Source: Phycisphaerales bacterium (GTDB taxonomy: Bacteria > Planctomycetota > UBA1135 > UBA2386). Taken from it: 64,000 nucleotides of DNA. Below, piece after piece: positions 55,685 to 64,000 of this stretch (its first letter is position 1; each line of letters starts with the position of its first letter). The translations under genes were made by a program, and so were the position numbers. Location of the stretch: assembly GCA_020247305.1 (NCBI GenBank), contig JADCJE010000008.1, forward strand, positions 82,807 through 146,806, read 5' to 3'. The notes under the pieces are model-generated. The model was not told where the DNA came from. It made no database searches and worked only from the letters and a program-made list of their open reading frames with translations.

Positions 55685-56383
55685 ATGGCCGAAGCCATCC
55701 AACTACGTTCCGTCACCAAGGCCTACCAACGGGCCGGCGAATCGCTGCGCGTGCTCGACGAGCTCGACCTGACGATGGCCGGCGGCACGTTCTACGCGCT
55801 GATGGGCCCGTCGGGCTCCGGCAAGACGACGCTGCTCAACCTCGTCGGCGGCCTCGACCACGCCGACAGCGGCGCGGTCCTGGTCGGCGACGTCGACCTC
55901 ACGCGGCTCGACGGCGGCGAACTGGCGGCGTGGCGCGCCGGCAACGTCGGCTTCGTGTTCCAAGGCTTCAACCTGCTGCCGGTGCTGACCGCGCGCGAGA
56001 ACGTCGAGCTGCCGCTGCAGCTGACGCCGCTGTCGCGCCGCCAGCGCCGCGCCCAGGCCGAGCGCGCCCTGCAGCTCGTCGGCCTCGGCGATCGCATGGA
56101 CCACAAGCCGCGCGAGCTGTCCGGCGGCCAGGAGCAGCGCGTCGCCATCGCCCGCGCCATCGCCACCGACCCGCAGGTGATCCTCGCCGACGAGCCGACC
56201 GGCGACCTCGACCGCACCACCGCCGACGCCGTGCTGCAGCTGCTGCAGCGGCTCAACCGCGAGCTCGGCAAGACCATCCTGATGGTCACGCACGATCCGC
56301 AGGCCGCCGGCTACGCCGACAAGATCATCCACCTCGACAAGGGCAAGCTCGGCCGCATCGAGACCAACCCGGGGAGGGGCTGA
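55685..56383 (+). CDS. ABC transporter ATP-binding protein (MacB/LolD-like)
   Basis: Walker [10 protein letters not shown], signature LSGGQEQR and Walker B ILADEPTG. Confidence 0.9.
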   Translation: MAEAIQLRSVTKAYQRAGESLRVLDELDLTMAGGTFYALMGPSGSGKTTLLNLVGGLDHADSGAVLVGDVDLTRLDGGELAAWRAGNVGFVFQGFNLLPVLTARENVELPLQLTPLSRRQRRAQAERALQLVGLGDRMDHKPRELSGGQEQRVAIARAIATDPQVILADEPTGDLDRTTADAVLQLLQRLNRELGKTILMVTHDPQAAGYADKIIHLDKGKLGRIETNPGRG

Positions 56384-56386
56384 GCG

Positions 56387-57556
56387 ATGCCCTGGAAGCT
56401 GCTCTGGCGCAACGTCGTCGGCCACCCGGTGCGCTCGCTGCTCACCGTCGGCGCCGTCGCCGTGGCGGTGTTCCTCGTCTGCGTGCTGAACGCGGTCACC
56501 AGCGGCCTGACGCGCACGCTCGACGCCGCGGCGGCCAACCGCCTGCTGGTGCAGTCGGCGGTCAGCCTGTTCGTCGACCTGCCGCTCTCCTACCAGCAGA
56601 AGATGGCGTCGGTGCCTGGCATCGAGGCCATCTGCAAGTGGCAGTGGTTCGGCGGCCGCTACGAGCAGGACAAGGGCGGCTTCTTCGCGCAGTTCGGCAT
56701 CGACCCCGAGACGTTCCTGCCGAGCTACCCGGAGATGAAGATCACCAAGGGCAGCTACGACGACTTCAAGAAGCTGCGCACCGCCTGCGTCGTCGGCGAC
56801 GAACTCGCCGACAAGTACGGCTGGCAGGTCGGCCAGACGGTGCCGATCAGCGGCACGATCTTCCAGCGCACCGACGGCCGGCCGTGGGAGTTCACCGTCG
56901 CCGCGATCTACCGCAGCAGCTCGCCGGCGGTCGACAACCAGACGCTGTGGTTCCAGTTCGACTACCTGCGCGAGTCGCTGGAGCAGGGCGGCGCCACCGG
57001 GCCGCTCGGGGTCGGCGTCTACATGCTGCGCATGGCGCCGGGCACCGACCCGGTGGCGGTGCAGCAGGCCGTCGACGCGATGTTCGAGAACGGGCCGCAG
57101 CGCGTGCAGACGACCACCGAAGCCGAGTTCAACCGGCAGTTCATCTCGATGCTCGGCGACGTGCCGACGCTGCTGCAGATGATCGGCGGCGCCGTGCTGT
57201 TCGCGATCTTCTTCGCCGTGCTCAACACCATGCTGATGGCCGGCCGCGAACGCACGCGCGACCTCGGCGTGATGAAGGCGCTCGGCTTCACCGACCGCGC
57301 GACCGGCATGCTGCTCGTCGCCGAGTCGCTGCTGCTGTGCGGACTCGGCGCCGCCGCCGGCATCGGCGTCGGGCTGCTCGCCGAGGCGCCGTTCGCGGTC
57401 GCCACCGCCAGCTTCCTGCCGGGCTTCGGCTTCGACGAAGGCACGCTGCTGCTCGGCGCCGCGATCGCGGTCGGCGTCGGCCTCGTCGCCGGCGTGCTGC
57501 CCGGCCGCCGCGCCGCCCGCCTGACCGCCATCGCCGCGCTGCGGGAGGTCGGCTGA
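56387..57556 (+). CDS. ABC transporter permease, FtsX/MacB family
   Basis: An N-terminal TM, a large periplasmic domain, and a C-terminal FtsX 3-TM bundle (KALGF motif). Confidence 0.8.
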   Translation: MPWKLLWRNVVGHPVRSLLTVGAVAVAVFLVCVLNAVTSGLTRTLDAAAANRLLVQSAVSLFVDLPLSYQQKMASVPGIEAICKWQWFGGRYEQDKGGFFAQFGIDPETFLPSYPEMKITKGSYDDFKKLRTACVVGDELADKYGWQVGQTVPISGTIFQRTDGRPWEFTVAAIYRSSSPAVDNQTLWFQFDYLRESLEQGGATGPLGVGVYMLRMAPGTDPVAVQQAVDAMFENGPQRVQTTTEAEFNRQFISMLGDVPTLLQMIGGAVLFAIFFAVLNTMLMAGRERTRDLGVMKALGFTDRATGMLLVAESLLLCGLGAAAGIGVGLLAEAPFAVATASFLPGFGFDEGTLLLGAAIAVGVGLVAGVLPGRRAARLTAIAALREVG

Positions 57557-58722
57557 TGGCCCTCGTCCCCCTGCGGTACAACCTGCGCAGCCTGTTCGTG
57601 CGCAGCTCGGCCACGGCGCTGACCGTCTGCGCCATCGGCGCCACGGTCGCCGTGCTCGCGGGCATGCTGTCGCTGCAGCAGGGCTTCGCCACGCTGTTCC
57701 AGGAGCGCGGCCGCGCCGACGTCGCGGTGTTCCTGCGCAAGGGCGCGACGTCCGAGGGCGAGTCGGGCCTGACGCGCGAACAGTGCGACATCCTGACCAA
57801 GGAGGTGCCCGAGGTCGAACGCAGCGGCAACGGCGCGCCGCTCGCCAGCGCCGAGCTGTTCCTCGCCGTGCGCCTGCGCAAGTTCGACGGCGGCGAGACC
57901 AACGTCGCCATCCGCGGCGTCGAGCCGCTGTCGTTCGCCGTGCAGGGCGACGACCTGCGCGTCGTCGAGGGCCGGCGCTTCGAGCCGGCCAGCGACGAAC
58001 TGATCGTCGGCGAAGGCCTGCTCGACCGCATCGCCAACTGCCGCGTCGGCGACGTGCTGCGCATCAACACGGTGACCTTCCGCATCGTCGGCACGTTCGC
58101 CGGCAAGGGCGGCTACCGCAGCGAGATCTGGGGCGACCTCGACCGGCTCGGCAAGGCGCTGGAGCGGCCGGTCGCCAGCCGCGTGATCGCCAAGGTGCGC
58201 GAAGGGACGGACTTCGCCGCCATCACCGAGCGTTACGCCAGCGATCTGCGCGTGCAGCCGAAGGCGCAGAGCGAGCGCGAGTACCTCAAGAGCCAGACCG
58301 GCGACCTGTCCAAGCGCTTCACGCTGCTCGGCGGCTTCCTCGCCGTGATCATGGGCATCGGCGCGATCTTCACCGGCACCAACTCGCTGCTCGGCACGAT
58401 CAGCGCGCGCTCGCACGAGATCGGCATCCTCAAGGCCGTCGGCTACCGGCCGTTCGCCATCTTCGCGTCGTTCCTGTTCGAGGCCGTGCTGCTCGGCGTG
58501 CTCGGCGGCCTCGCCGGCTGCCTGCTGGTGCTGCCGTTCCAGGGCGCCGAGACCGGCACGATGAACCAGACGTTCTCCGAGGTGACGTTCGCGTTCCGCA
58601 CGACGCCGGCGGTGATGCTCGACGCGGTCGCGTTCGCGGCGGCGCTCGGGTTGTTCGGCGGCATGATGCCGGCGTGGCGCGCGGCGCGCATGACGCCGAC
58701 CAAGGCGCTGCGGCGCACCTGA
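57556..58722 (+). CDS. ABC transporter permease, FtsX/MacB family (second)
   Basis: The start overlaps the upstream stop by 1 nt. Same architecture as the first permease (GILKAVGY motif). Confidence 0.8.
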   Translation: MALVPLRYNLRSLFVRSSATALTVCAIGATVAVLAGMLSLQQGFATLFQERGRADVAVFLRKGATSEGESGLTREQCDILTKEVPEVERSGNGAPLASAELFLAVRLRKFDGGETNVAIRGVEPLSFAVQGDDLRVVEGRRFEPASDELIVGEGLLDRIANCRVGDVLRINTVTFRIVGTFAGKGGYRSEIWGDLDRLGKALERPVASRVIAKVREGTDFAAITERYASDLRVQPKAQSEREYLKSQTGDLSKRFTLLGGFLAVIMGIGAIFTGTNSLLGTISARSHEIGILKAVGYRPFAIFASFLFEAVLLGVLGGLAGCLLVLPFQGAETGTMNQTFSEVTFAFRTTPAVMLDAVAFAAALGLFGGMMPAWRAARMTPTKALRRT

Positions 58723-58729
58723 CCGCACC

Positions 58730-59950
58730 GTGCGCCCCGTTCTCGGCTTGTACCGCGACGCCTTCGGCGGCCTGCCGCGCCTGACGTGGCTGCTGTGCGC
58801 GGCGGCGTTCCTCAACCGCTGCGGCTCGATGGTGGTGCCGTTCCTCGGACCCTACCTCAAGGCGAAGTTCGGCATGGCCGCGGACCAGGCCGGGCTCGTC
58901 GTCAGCCTGTACGGCGTCGGCGCGATCCTCGGCAGCTGGCTCGGCGGCGCGCTTACCGACCGCATCGGGCCCGTGCGCCTGCAGGTCGGTGCGCTCGCGG
59001 CCTCGGCTGTGTGGATGCTGCTGATGACGCAGTGCGGCGCGCTCGCGACGCTGGTGCCGGCGGTGTTCGTCCTCGGCCTGCTCAACGACGCCTTCCGCCC
59101 CGGCAGCAACACCGCCGTGGCGCAGAGCGTGCCGCCGCACCTGCGGCGCAAGGCGCTGTCGCTCAACCGCTTCGCCCTCAACCTCGGCTGGGCGTGCGGG
59201 CCGACGATCGGCGGCTACCTGATCGAACTCGACTTCGTCTGGATGTTCGTCGCCGACGGCCTCACCTGCGCCCTGGCTGCGCTGTGGCTGGCGCAGGTGC
59301 TGCGGCAGTGGTCGCCCGTGGCCGCCGAACCAGACGGCGCCGCCGCCGAGGACGTGGTCGCGGCGGCGCGGCCGGCGAGCCCGTGGCGCGACGGCCACTT
59401 CGTGCGGCTGATGGTCGCCAACACGTTCGTGCTGCTGGCGTTCATGCAGTACTTCGCCACCGGCACGCGCGTGTTCGTCGACCAGGGCTGGGGCGAGGCC
59501 GCGGTCGGCTGGTTCCTCGCCGTCAACCCGATCCTGATCACGCTGTTCGAGATGCCGGTCGTGCACGCCATGCGCGCGCGCCGTCCGCTGCCCGCGGTCG
59601 CGCTCGGCGCGTTGGTCATCGGGCTCGGTTACCTTTGCTTCCTGCTGCCGTGGGGCGGGCCCGCCATCGTGCTCGGCATGGCGATCGTCGCCGGCGGCGA
59701 GCTGCTGCAGATGCCGATGCTCGGCGCGCACGTCAACGACATCGCCCCCGACCGCGCCCGCGGCGCCTACAACGGCGCCTACGGTGTGAACTTCACCTTC
59801 GCGCTGGTGTTCGCGCCCGCCCTCGGCGGCTTCGTCTACGAGCGCATGGGCGCCGACGCGCTGTGGTGGTCGTGCGCCGTGCTGGGCTCGATCGGCGCGC
59901 TGCTGTTCGCCGCCGAGGCGGCGCGGGCGCGCCGCAGCGCGGCCGCTTGA
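58730..59950 (+). CDS. MFS transporter
   Basis: About 12 TM segments and an MFS loop motif (GGALTDRIGP). GTG start. Confidence 0.8.
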   Translation: MRPVLGLYRDAFGGLPRLTWLLCAAAFLNRCGSMVVPFLGPYLKAKFGMAADQAGLVVSLYGVGAILGSWLGGALTDRIGPVRLQVGALAASAVWMLLMTQCGALATLVPAVFVLGLLNDAFRPGSNTAVAQSVPPHLRRKALSLNRFALNLGWACGPTIGGYLIELDFVWMFVADGLTCALAALWLAQVLRQWSPVAAEPDGAAAEDVVAAARPASPWRDGHFVRLMVANTFVLLAFMQYFATGTRVFVDQGWGEAAVGWFLAVNPILITLFEMPVVHAMRARRPLPAVALGALVIGLGYLCFLLPWGGPAIVLGMAIVAGGELLQMPMLGAHVNDIAPDRARGAYNGAYGVNFTFALVFAPALGGFVYERMGADALWWSCAVLGSIGALLFAAEAARARRSAAA

Positions 59951-60002
59951 GGGCGCCAGGACGGCCCGGCGGGAGCTCGGGCGCGGGCGTGCGTCGACGC
60001 GG

Positions 60003-60515
60003 TCAGGCTTCCGGCCGCTGCTGCTGCAGGTCGGCCATCGCCACCCACTGCGCGCCGCCGCTCGGCTTGAACCACACCGCCTCGTCGGCGACCTGCAGCG
60101 CGCCGTCGGCCAACCGGAACTGCACGAGCACGGCGTCGGCGCGCTGGTCGTCCCAGTCCATGTAGCGGTCGTTGCTGACGACGAGGCCGCGATGCGCGGC
60201 GGCGAAGCGCAGCACGTGCTCGTCGGCGAACTCGTCGCGCGGCACCACGGCGTAGCGCGGCCGGCCCGGCGTGACGTCGGCGCAGCGCGCGCGCAGCACG
60301 TCCTGCACCTCCGGCCGGCAGCGACGCGCGGTGTTGTGGTCGATGAACACCATCACCGGCAGGTCGGGCCGCCAGGCCGCCGCCCACGCCATGACGAGTT
60401 CGAGCCGCTGCAACGGCTGCGCCCTGCTGCTGGCGATCACGTTGGCGCCGTCGACGACGATGGCGCCGCGCGCCGGCGGCAACGGCAACGGCGCGCGGTG
60501 GCGCAGGCTCGCCAT
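60003..60515 (-). CDS. NYN/Zc3h12a-like (PIN-fold) ribonuclease domain protein
   Basis: IVVDGANVI and LVVSNDRYMDWDD resemble the acidic catalytic motifs of Zc3h12a-type NYN RNases. The ATG overlaps the OPT stop by 1 nt (TGATG). Assignment is by motif resemblance only. Confidence 0.5.
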   Translation of the reverse strand: MASLRHRAPLPLPPARGAIVVDGANVIASSRAQPLQRLELVMAWAAAWRPDLPVMVFIDHNTARRCRPEVQDVLRARCADVTPGRPRYAVVPRDEFADEHVLRFAAAHRGLVVSNDRYMDWDDQRADAVLVQFRLADGALQVADEAVWFKPSGGAQWVAMADLQQQRPEA

Positions 60516-62371
60516 CACGCCGCCTTGCGCGTCGACCGGCGCAGCACGACGACCGCGAGCGCGAACACGCCGAGCGCCAGCCAGCCCTGCAGGTCGGTGA
60601 ATGGCCCCGCGGCGGCGCGCTTGCCCTGGACGTACGTCCACGCGGCGATGCCGACGCCGGCAAGGCCTTCGCCGGCGACGAAGCCCGACGCGCACAGCAC
60701 GCCGTTCTCGACGTCGAGTCGGTCCTTCGGCGCCGACTCGGCCCAGCGCCGCACGCAGCCGCCGACGAACACCGCCGCCAGCGTCGACAGCGGCAGGTAG
60801 ATGCCGAGCGCGAACGGCAACGCCGGCAGGCCGGCGAGCATGCCGGTGCACGACACGAGCCCGCCCATCACCAGCAGGTCCCACGGCAGGCTGGCGCCGA
60901 GCACCGCCTCCACCATCGTCTGCATCAGGCGCGCCTGCGGTGCGGCGAGGCCGTCGTCGCCGAAGCCGTAGGTCTTGCCCATCGCGATCACCACCGCGGC
61001 GACGACCCAGCAGGCGACGCTGGCCGCGATCAGCTGGCCGTACTGCTGCCGCCACGGCGATGCGCCGACGAGCCAGCCGGTCTTGAGGTCCTGGCTGATG
61101 TCGCCGGCCTTCGACGCGGCGACGCAGACCACCGTGCCGATGGTCAGCACCGCGGCCTGCGCGGCGATGCCCTTCCAGCCGAGCGCGAGGAACAAGCCGG
61201 CGCTGCCCGCGAGCGTGATCAGCGCCATCGCGGAGGTCGGGTTGGAGCTCACGCCGATCACGCCGACGAGGCGCGAGGACACCGGCACGAACAGGAAGCC
61301 GAACACGCCGACGCCCGCCGCGGCGAGGAGGCGGCCGCCGAACGACAGGTCGCCGGCGAAGATGCCGGGCACGAGCGCGAGCGCTGCAACCAGCGCGGCG
61401 AGGCCGCCGACGAGCACGGCGCCCGGCACGTCCCGATCGCGGTCGTCGCCGCCGTCGCCGGCGGCAGCGCCCGCGCCGACGCCGCGCGCCACCGCGCGCA
61501 GCGATGCCAGCATCGTCGGCGCCGTCTTGACCACGGTGAACAAGCCGGCCGCCGCTACCGCGCCAGCGCCGACGTACAGCAGGAAGCGCGCCTTGACGTC
61601 CTTCGGCCCGAGCGCCACCGCGCCGTCCTTGCCGGCGTCGAGCAGGCCGGCGAGGTGCGTCGTGGTGACCAGCGGGTAGAGCACCAGCGACGACAGCACC
61701 GCGCCCGACACCATCACCGCGGCCGCGCGGAAACCGACCAGGAAGCCGACCGCCATCAGTGCGGGCGCGAGGCTCAGCGCCACCTTGCCGTTGGGCAGGA
61801 ACGACGGCGACCACGACACTTCCTCCGGCAGCGCGTGCAGCGCGCCGAAGAACAGCTTCATCGCCGCGCCGACGGCGATGCCGACGACGATCCAGCGGCC
61901 GCCGCGGCTGTCGCCCTGCGTCGCGCGCAGCACCTCGGCGCAGGCGCGGCCTTCGGGGTACGGCAGTTCGGCGTCGGCCTGCACGATCAGCAAGCGCCGC
62001 AGCGGCACCATCGCCAGGATGCCGAGCACGCCGCCGGCCATCGCCAGCAAGCCCACCTGCCAGACCTCCGGCGCCTGCCCCCACAGGAACAGCGCCGGGA
62101 TGGTGAAGATGGTGCCCGAGGCCAGCGAGCTCGACGCGCTGCCGACCGTCTGGGCCATGTTGGTCTCCAGGATCGTGCCCTTGCGCGGGAACAGCTGGAA
62201 CGCCAGCGCCGACAGCACCGCGATCGGGATCGACGTCGAGACGGTGAGTCCGGCCTTGAGCCCGAGGTAGGCGTTGGCGGCGCCGAACAGCACGCCGAAC
62301 ACGAGGCCGGCGAGCACGGCCTTGAGGGTGAACTCGGCGAGACGCGGCGGCGGAGCCGGCGTGGCGGTCAT
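60515..62371 (-). CDS. OPT-family oligopeptide transporter
   Basis: About 618 aa of polytopic membrane protein with an OPT-like N-terminus (EFTLKAVLAGLVFGVLFGAANAYLGLKAGLTVSTSIP). ATG at 62371. Confidence 0.85.
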   Translation of the reverse strand: MTATPAPPPRLAEFTLKAVLAGLVFGVLFGAANAYLGLKAGLTVSTSIPIAVLSALAFQLFPRKGTILETNMAQTVGSASSSLASGTIFTIPALFLWGQAPEVWQVGLLAMAGGVLGILAMVPLRRLLIVQADAELPYPEGRACAEVLRATQGDSRGGRWIVVGIAVGAAMKLFFGALHALPEEVSWSPSFLPNGKVALSLAPALMAVGFLVGFRAAAVMVSGAVLSSLVLYPLVTTTHLAGLLDAGKDGAVALGPKDVKARFLLYVGAGAVAAAGLFTVVKTAPTMLASLRAVARGVGAGAAAGDGGDDRDRDVPGAVLVGGLAALVAALALVPGIFAGDLSFGGRLLAAAGVGVFGFLFVPVSSRLVGVIGVSSNPTSAMALITLAGSAGLFLALGWKGIAAQAAVLTIGTVVCVAASKAGDISQDLKTGWLVGASPWRQQYGQLIAASVACWVVAAVVIAMGKTYGFGDDGLAAPQARLMQTMVEAVLGASLPWDLLVMGGLVSCTGMLAGLPALPFALGIYLPLSTLAAVFVGGCVRRWAESAPKDRLDVENGVLCASGFVAGEGLAGVGIAAWTYVQGKRAAAGPFTDLQGWLALGVFALAVVVLRRSTRKAA

Positions 62372-62421
62372 GGCGCGCCGTTCTACGCCGCGGTGCGCGC
62401 GCGGGCCACTTCGCGCCGGCA

Positions 62422-62512
62422 ACGCCCCGTCCGATCTACGGCCCGTCCGACTACGGCCCGTCTGACCACGGCCCGTCCGATGGCGAACCGTCCGATGGCG
62501 AACCGTCCGCGG
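62422..62512. repeat. Tandem repeat, 15-nt unit (acggcccgtccgaNN / gcgaaccgtccgNNg) x6, spanning the dnaE2 stop codon
   Basis: Units read at 62422, 62438, 62453, 62468, 62483 and 62498. Units 3-6 encode the DGSPSDGSPSDGPWSDGP tail. Confidence 0.9.
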
Positions 62513-64000
62513 CGCAAGCGCCGGCAATCGGCGCATCCGGCAGCGACACGTCGAGCGCGCGCAGGCCGATGCCACCGAGCCGCTCCTCGACGACGCCCTT
62601 CACCACGTACGGACCGCGGCCCTGCAGCAGGCCGCCGCACCGCTGCCACGTCGCCGGGAACAGCGTCGCCTCGACGATGCCGGTGCCGTCCTCCAGCGTG
62701 ATGAAGCACATGCCGCCGACCTCGGTGCGGTGGCCGCGGAAGGCCACGGCGAAGCCGCAGACCAGCACGGTCGCCCCCAGGCGCTCGCCGAGCCGGCCGC
62801 ACGGCACGCAGCGGCCGAGCACCGGCAGGGCGCCGCGCCGCCACAGCACGTCGACCGGGTGGTGCGCGAGCGTGAAGCCGAGCAGGCGCAGTTCGGCCTC
62901 GGCGCGGCGCACGGCGTCGAAGTCGGGCAGCGGCGGGTAGGCGACCTCGCGCGGCGCCACCGCATCGGCGAACAGCACGTCGTTCGTCGCCGCGGCCGCC
63001 GCGCGCGCCGCGCGCACGCCGTGCGGCGCGCTGGCGACCTGCAGCCGCCACAGCAACTCCGGCCGCGTCTGGCCGAACGCGTCGCAGGCGCCGACCTGCA
63101 CCAGCGCCTCGGCCTCGTCGCGCGCCGGATGCGCGCGCCGCAGGAAGTCGGCGAACGAGCGGAACGGTCCGCCCGCCTGCCGCGCCGCCAGGATCGCCTG
63201 CACGGCGCGCGCCGACACGCCGCGGACGTGGCGCAGGCCGATGCGCACGGTGTCGAGGTCGAGCAGTTCGTGGTCGTCGCCGCCGCCCTGCACGCACGGC
63301 GGCCGCAGCGTCGCGCCGAAGCGTTTGGCGTCCTCGGCATACACGCCGGGCGCGAAGTAGCCGGCCTCGTGGCGCAGCACGGCGGCGAGGAACGCCGCCG
63401 GCCAGCGCGCCTTGAGCCACAGGCAGCGCCACGACAGCCGCCCGTACGACACCGCGTGCGCCTTGCAGAACGAGTAGCCGGCGAAGCGCGCCATCTCCGC
63501 CCACGCCTGCTCGATCGCCGCGCGCGGCAGGCCGCGGCGCAGCCCGGCGACGACGAACGCGTCGACCTCGGCCGGGCCCACGCCGCCGCGCTTGCCGAGC
63601 CGACGCCGCAGCGTGTCGCCGGCGGTCGCGTCCATGCCGGCGACCGCCATCGCCGCGCGGATGACGTCCTCCTGGTAGAGCATGATGCCGAAGGTGTCGG
63701 CGAACGCCGCCGCCAGCAGCGGGTGCGGCGCGTTCGCCGGCTCGAGGCCGCGCGCGCGCCGGACGAACGCCTCCTTCATGCCCGACGCCGCCGGCCCCGG
63801 CCGCACCAGCGCGATCGCCTGGATGACGCGCTCCTGGCTGTCGGCGGCCATCTGCTGCAGCAACTGCCGCATCGCCGGCGACTCGATCTGGAAGCAGCCG
63901 AGCGTGCGCCCCTGCCGCAGCAGCGCCACCGCGCGGACGTCGTCCTCGGCGATCTGTTCGAGGTCGGCCACCGCCGCGCCGTGCGCTGCCGCCATCGCCG
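62451..64000 (-). CDS. dnaE2: Error-prone DNA polymerase III alpha-like subunit, DnaE2 type (partial; N-terminus right of the window)
   Basis: Fingers/HhH region (GCFQIESPAMR, RPGP, YSFCKAHAVSY) and OB fold (MCFITLEDGTGIVEATLFP), followed only by a short tail with no tau-binding C-terminal domain. That layout fits DnaE2 rather than DnaE1. Confidence 0.7.
   Translation of the reverse strand, partial: AMAAAHGAAVADLEQIAEDDVRAVALLRQGRTLGCFQIESPAMRQLLQQMAADSQERVIQAIALVRPGPAASGMKEAFVRRARGLEPANAPHPLLAAAFADTFGIMLYQEDVIRAAMAVAGMDATAGDTLRRRLGKRGGVGPAEVDAFVVAGLRRGLPRAAIEQAWAEMARFAGYSFCKAHAVSYGRLSWRCLWLKARWPAAFLAAVLRHEAGYFAPGVYAEDAKRFGATLRPPCVQGGGDDHELLDLDTVRIGLRHVRGVSARAVQAILAARQAGGPFRSFADFLRRAHPARDEAEALVQVGACDAFGQTRPELLWRLQVASAPHGVRAARAAAAATNDVLFADAVAPREVAYPPLPDFDAVRRAEAELRLLGFTLAHHPVDVLWRRGALPVLGRCVPCGRLGERLGATVLVCGFAVAFRGHRTEVGGMCFITLEDGTGIVEATLFPATWQRCGGLLQGRGPYVVKGVVEERLGGIGLRALDVSLPDAPIAGACAADGSPSDGSPSDGPWSDGP

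Noticed and set aside
62422-62512. Tandem arrays considered as a CRISPR array (also 4226-4279 and 4865-4950).
   Set aside because: The units are 13-16 nt and directly abutting with no unique spacers, and no cas genes are present. These are micro/minisatellite-type repeats, not CRISPR.

Overview
Very GC-rich, densely coding bacterial chromosomal window: third codon positions are almost always G/C, and long stop-free antisense shadow ORFs are common. I support about 55 protein genes and one tRNA (anticodon CAT), and found no transposase, integrase, prophage or CRISPR array. Content is mostly housekeeping and envelope functions: lnt, moeA, folE, slyD, add, ahcY, korAB, lepB, rpoN, an ECF sigma factor, SMUG1-type UDG, peptidases and amidases, a MacAB-like efflux operon, MFS and OPT transporters, and the 3' part of a dnaE2-like polymerase. 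A PSCyt-type cytochrome-c/LRR protein together with this gene mix suggests a Planctomycetota-like organism, which is inference only. Loci worth a second look: (1) a tightly overlapping DUF4129-DUF4350-MoxR-DUF58-SpoIIM-like-RDD operon that appears to continue into a peptidoglycan amidase and a GNAT; (2) a hemerythrin followed by three secretion-type ATPases (GspE-like, PilT, GspE-like) with no pilus or secretin genes; (3) an orphan cheX-cheY-cheD module; (4) a family of inverted-repeat intergenic elements abutting the stop codons of convergent genes; (5) 15-nt tandem repeats, one of which forms the C-terminal tail of DnaE2; (6) a 665-bp non-coding region upstream of the tRNA containing a 100-nt element closed by a perfect 12-bp helix; (7) a P-loop-variant Lon-like protease, a solo dynamin-like GTPase and a NYN RNase translationally coupled to an OPT transporter. 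All family calls rest on motif recognition by eye, because no searches could be run.
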